Assembly (NCBI GenBank): GCA_018969615.1
Contig: JAGWYA010000002.1
Coordinates: forward strand, 3,070 to 67,069
From: Patescibacteria group bacterium
GTDB taxonomy: Bacteria; Patescibacteriota; Minisyncoccia; UBA6257; 02-FULL-45-10c
Reading direction: 5' to 3'
Length of the DNA: 64,000 nt
Under the pieces are notes generated by a model. The model was not told where the DNA came from and ran no database searches. It was given only the letters and a program-made list of their open reading frames with translations. A program made the translations under genes and the position numbers. This document shows, piece by piece, positions 61,008 to 64,000 of this stretch (the first letter of the stretch is position 1; the number at the start of each line of letters is the position of its first letter).

Positions 61008-61739
61008 ATGCAAAAGAAGCTTAAGGCGATGCCGGTATCGCGGCGCGCGGCAAAACAAAAGGTGGCGATCTTCGACATCGACGGAACGATCTTCCGCTCG
61101 AGCCTTTTGATCGAGCTGACCGATGCGATGATCCAGGAGGGGATCTTTCCGAAAAAAGCGGGCATGGCCTATGCGAAGTCGTACAAGAACTGGCTGGACC
61201 GGAAGGATATCTATGACAAATATGTCTGGGACGTGATCGTTTCGTTCGAGAAGAACATCCGCGGCGTGCCGGTGAAGGAATTTTTGAGAATGGGAAAGAC
61301 GGTGACCGCGTTTCATCACAATCGCGTGTACCGCTATACCCGGGACCTCGTGAAGGACCTGCGCCGCAGAGGTTATTTCATTTTGGCGATCTCGCATTCG
61401 CCGAAGGTGATGGTGAGCGAGTTCTGCAAGAGTTTGGGCTTTGATAAGGTGTACGGCCGCATCTATGAAGTCGACGTGAAAGGGAAGCTGACCGGCAAGA
61501 CGCTCGAGCCGGAGGTGATCGCGGACAAGGCGAAGGTTTTGAAGCGCGTGATCAAAAAAGAGAATCTGACGCTCCGCGGTTCCATCGGCGTGGGCGATTC
61601 CGAGTCCGATATCCGGTTCCTGCGGATGGTGGACAAGCCGATCTGCTTCAATCCGAACGCGAAGCTGTACAAGCACGCGCACCGCGCCGGCTGGACCGTG
61701 GTCGTCGAGCGCAAGGACGTGATCTATACGCTGGATTAA
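61008..61739 (+). CDS. HAD-superfamily hydrolase (subfamily IB-like)
   Basis: Motif I IFDIDGTI; motif II S/T (ISHSP); motif III K with GDSESD. Confidence 0.75.
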   Translation: MQKKLKAMPVSRRAAKQKVAIFDIDGTIFRSSLLIELTDAMIQEGIFPKKAGMAYAKSYKNWLDRKDIYDKYVWDVIVSFEKNIRGVPVKEFLRMGKTVTAFHHNRVYRYTRDLVKDLRRRGYFILAISHSPKVMVSEFCKSLGFDKVYGRIYEVDVKGKLTGKTLEPEVIADKAKVLKRVIKKENLTLRGSIGVGDSESDIRFLRMVDKPICFNPNAKLYKHAHRAGWTVVVERKDVIYTLD

Positions 61740-61746
61740 TTTTTAT

Positions 61747-63234
61747 ATGCTCGTTTCAAAAACCGATTACATTCTCTACCGGGAATGTCCTAAAAATACA
61801 TGGATGAAGGTCCATCAGCCGGATATTTATTATGCGGAGGAGCTTTCGTCCTTTGAAAAGCACATTATCGAGACCGGAAACGAAGTGGAAGCCGAGGCGC
61901 GGAAGATCTTCGATGACGGCATCCTGATCGAAGGCCGCGGCGAGGAAGCGCAGAAGATGACGGAGAAACTGCTCGCCGAAAAGAAGGCGACCTTGTTCCA
62001 GCCGGTGTTCATCAAGGACGGATTCATGGCCGCCGTCGATATCCTGAAATACGACGCGGACACGGACAGCTACCGCATCTATGAGATCAAAGCGTCCAAT
62101 GAAGCCGATAAGAACCGCCATTATTACGATCTTGCGTTCCAGGTGAACCTTCTGCGCCGCTGCGGGCTGAACGTCGCCGTCGCAAGCATTATGCATTTGA
62201 ACCCGGAGTATGTCCGCTCGGGCGCGCTGGACCTGAACGAGCTTTTTAAGAGCGACGACATCACGGCGGAGATCAATGCCCTCCAGGAAGAGGTTGCGGC
62301 GGAAATGGAGCAGGCGAAAGCGTATCTGGCGGCCGAAGCGGAGCCGGCCGGCCCGTGCTGCTGCATCTATAAGGGCCGTTCCAATCACTGCACGACCTTC
62401 AGCCATTCCAACGGCCATGTGCCGAAGTACGGCGTGCACGACATCACCCGCATCGGGCTCAGCAAGAAGAAGCTCAAAGCGCTCATCGACAGCGAGGTTT
62501 TTCATCTCCATGAAGTGCCGGACGATTTCGAGCTTTCCGACGCTCAGCGGAACCAGGTGGATGCGTATAAGATGGATACGGTCCTGATGCACAAAGGACA
62601 GATCGGCGAAGAGCTCGAGAAGCTGGCCTATCCGCTGTATTTCATCGACTATGAGACCTTCCCGTCCGCGATCCCGCTCTTTGACGGATTCTCGCCGTAC
62701 CAGCAGATCCCGTTCCAGTTCTCGCTCTATACCCAGGACGCGCCGGGCGGCGAATTAAAGCATAGCGAATTTTTGTATGAACAGCAGGCGGACCCGAGCG
62801 GGGCGTTCGCGGCCGCGATGCAGGAGATGATCGGCCCGAAGGGGAGCGTGATCGTCTGGAGCAAGAAGTTCGAATGCACGATCAATAAGCAGATCGCCGA
62901 GCGCGTGCCGGAGGCGAAAGCGTTCCTCGATGACGTCAATGCGCGCGTGTACGATCTGATGGACGCGTTCTCGAAACAGCACTATGTCCACAAGGATTTC
63001 AAAGGAAGCACCTCCATCAAGAAAGTGCTCCCGGTCATGGCGCCGGAACTGTCCTATAAAGAGCTCGCGATCCGCGAAGGCGGCGCCGCGGCGTCCAGCT
63101 GGATCAAGCTCGTCGGCACCGCCCTGACCCCGCCCGAAAAAGAGAAGCTCAAAGAGGATATGCTTGCCTACTGCAAAATGGACACCTGGGCGATGGTCCG
63201 GATCCTGCAAGAATTAGAAAAGGTCATAAAATAA
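61747..63234 (+). CDS. DUF2779-like protein: N-terminal PD-(D/E)xK / Cas4-like nuclease with a Cys cluster fused to a C-terminal DEDD-type 3'-5' exonuclease-like domain
   Basis: 495 aa. EIKAS...QVNLL core; CCCIYKGRSNHC cluster; YFIDYETF (Exo I-like) and YCKMDTWAM (Exo III-like Yx3D) motifs. Confidence 0.5.
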   Translation: MLVSKTDYILYRECPKNTWMKVHQPDIYYAEELSSFEKHIIETGNEVEAEARKIFDDGILIEGRGEEAQKMTEKLLAEKKATLFQPVFIKDGFMAAVDILKYDADTDSYRIYEIKASNEADKNRHYYDLAFQVNLLRRCGLNVAVASIMHLNPEYVRSGALDLNELFKSDDITAEINALQEEVAAEMEQAKAYLAAEAEPAGPCCCIYKGRSNHCTTFSHSNGHVPKYGVHDITRIGLSKKKLKALIDSEVFHLHEVPDDFELSDAQRNQVDAYKMDTVLMHKGQIGEELEKLAYPLYFIDYETFPSAIPLFDGFSPYQQIPFQFSLYTQDAPGGELKHSEFLYEQQADPSGAFAAAMQEMIGPKGSVIVWSKKFECTINKQIAERVPEAKAFLDDVNARVYDLMDAFSKQHYVHKDFKGSTSIKKVLPVMAPELSYKELAIREGGAAASSWIKLVGTALTPPEKEKLKEDMLAYCKMDTWAMVRILQELEKVIK

Positions 63235-63339
63235 ACGAATTGCTTTTCGTTCCGGTTTTGTTAGAATTGATGCATATCCATCGAGATCTACGGCTCTCGC
63301 GGAAGAAGTAATTGTCATGAGCCGTAAGGCTCATTTTTT

Positions 63340-64000
63340 ATGAAAATAAAAGACCTGGCGAAAGTGGACCGACCCCGTGAGAAGCTCGTGAAATACGGTC
63401 CGGGGAAACTGAAAGACGCCGAGCTTCTGGCGATCCTGTTGGGGACGGGAACAAAAGGCGTGAACGTCGTGGAGCTTTCGCAGAAAATAATAAGGCGATT
63501 TGATGAGGGCAAGCTGGCAAACGCCTCAGTGCAAGAATTGCGCGAAGTTTCCGGTCTGGGAACCGCAAAAGCGGCGGAGATTGTCTCTTGTTTTGAACTC
63601 GGGCGTCGTTTTCTTCATGAGAAGCGATCGGCGCTGATCCTTTCGCCGCGAGACGTTTGGGAGGAACTGAAAGATATCCGAAGCGGCAAGAAGGAGCATT
63701 TTATCATTCTCTTTCTTGATACGCGGAATCAGGAGATCCGCCGGGAGACGATCTCCGTCGGATCGTTAAACGCGAGCCTCGTGCATCCGCGGGAGGTGTT
63801 CGAGCCCGCCATCCAGCATCTGGCGGCGCACATTATCGTCGCGCACAACCATCCGTCAGGAAACACCGAACCTTCGGACGAGGACGTCGCCATCACGCGC
63901 CGGCTTGCCGAAGCCGGCGCGCTCCTCGGTATCGAGCTGCTCGACCACGTGATCGTGGCTTCGTCCGGATTTACGAGCCTGAAGGAAAGGGGATTAATAT
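63340..64000 (+). CDS. radC: RadC-like JAB/MPN domain protein (3' end beyond the window or at its edge)
   Basis: HhH-containing N-terminal region (LLAILLGTG), JAMM motif HNHPSG, and the preceding conserved E; preceded by the terminator atgagccgtaaggctcat + TTTTT. Confidence 0.85.
   Translation, partial: MKIKDLAKVDRPREKLVKYGPGKLKDAELLAILLGTGTKGVNVVELSQKIIRRFDEGKLANASVQELREVSGLGTAKAAEIVSCFELGRRFLHEKRSALILSPRDVWEELKDIRSGKKEHFIILFLDTRNQEIRRETISVGSLNASLVHPREVFEPAIQHLAAHIIVAHNHPSGNTEPSDEDVAITRRLAEAGALLGIELLDHVIVASSGFTSLKERGLI

Noticed and set aside
60945-61165. Possibility that a RES toxin partner of the DUF2384-like gene is hidden in small ORFs downstream
   Set aside because: The downstream ORFs on both strands (60913-61110 plus, 60935-61165 minus) overlap the well-supported HAD hydrolase gene or its upstream region. 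They show no R-E-S motif spacing.
1-64000. CRISPR arrays, rRNA genes, transposases or integrases
   Set aside because: No regularly spaced direct repeats, no rRNA-like sequence and no DDE or tyrosine-recombinase-like ORF were seen on either strand. The only repeat families are the short AT-rich cassette ends, the heptamer tract and the terminator hairpins.

Overview
This 64-kb window comes from a moderately GC-rich bacterial chromosome (roughly 55-60 % GC by eye), read by eye without computation. It is compact, gene-dense and poor in biosynthetic genes; the gene content and organisation resemble a reduced-genome CPR/Patescibacteria-like bacterium, which is an inference only.

Main contents, left to right:
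- The 3' end of pnp, then a YifB/ComM ATPase and a DksA-type zinc-finger protein.
- Two genes with extreme GC-ending codon usage encoding lysine-rich proteins (5140-5907 and 43395-43739). Both sit behind canonical TTGACA-N17-TAnnnT promoters.
- Two metallo-beta-lactamase/beta-CASP ribonuclease-like genes.
- A LysM-M23 peptidase and a UvrD/PcrA helicase.
- A small AT-rich cassette with imperfect terminal inverted repeats carrying a four-helix-bundle (Avd / 23S-rRNA-intervening-sequence family-like) gene, plus two roughly 87-nt miniature copies of its ends. One miniature copy is inserted in-frame inside uvrD; the other lies between tsaE and the polA 5'-3' exonuclease gene.
- rsmA, followed by an 11-gene co-directional cluster of secreted and membrane proteins (12251-24148). 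It includes a VirB6/TrbL-like polytopic protein, a PrgI/VirB3-like protein, a VirB4 ATPase encoded as two adjacent out-of-frame ORFs, and a TolB-like beta-propeller, so it is a Gram-positive-type T4SS-like module.
- The chromosomal origin region: jag-yidC-rnpA-rpmH on the minus strand and dnaA-dnaN on the plus strand, with perfect DnaA boxes in both flanking intergenic regions.
- PBP1A, ruvC, yebC, pilB, ruvB, tsaE, a split Pol I (separate 5'-3' exonuclease and polymerase ORFs), a PAS histidine kinase, holA, rpsT, uvrB, ruvA and a Mur ligase.
- tRNA-Arg(CCG) and a YgiT-type zinc-finger gene flanked by short direct repeats.
- A neutral-ceramidase-like hydrolase.
- A membrane-anchored Clp/Hsp100-type double AAA+ protein with a degenerate first ATPase module.
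- PolX, a possible orphan DUF2384-like antitoxin, an HAD hydrolase, a DUF2779-like nuclease and radC (partial).

The window contains no rRNA and no CRISPR array, and I found no transposase or integrase. Intergenic regions are unusually rich in long perfect hairpins and nested inverted repeats; the clearest examples are at 7600-8000, 24167-24366, 34833-34995 and 42803-42950.
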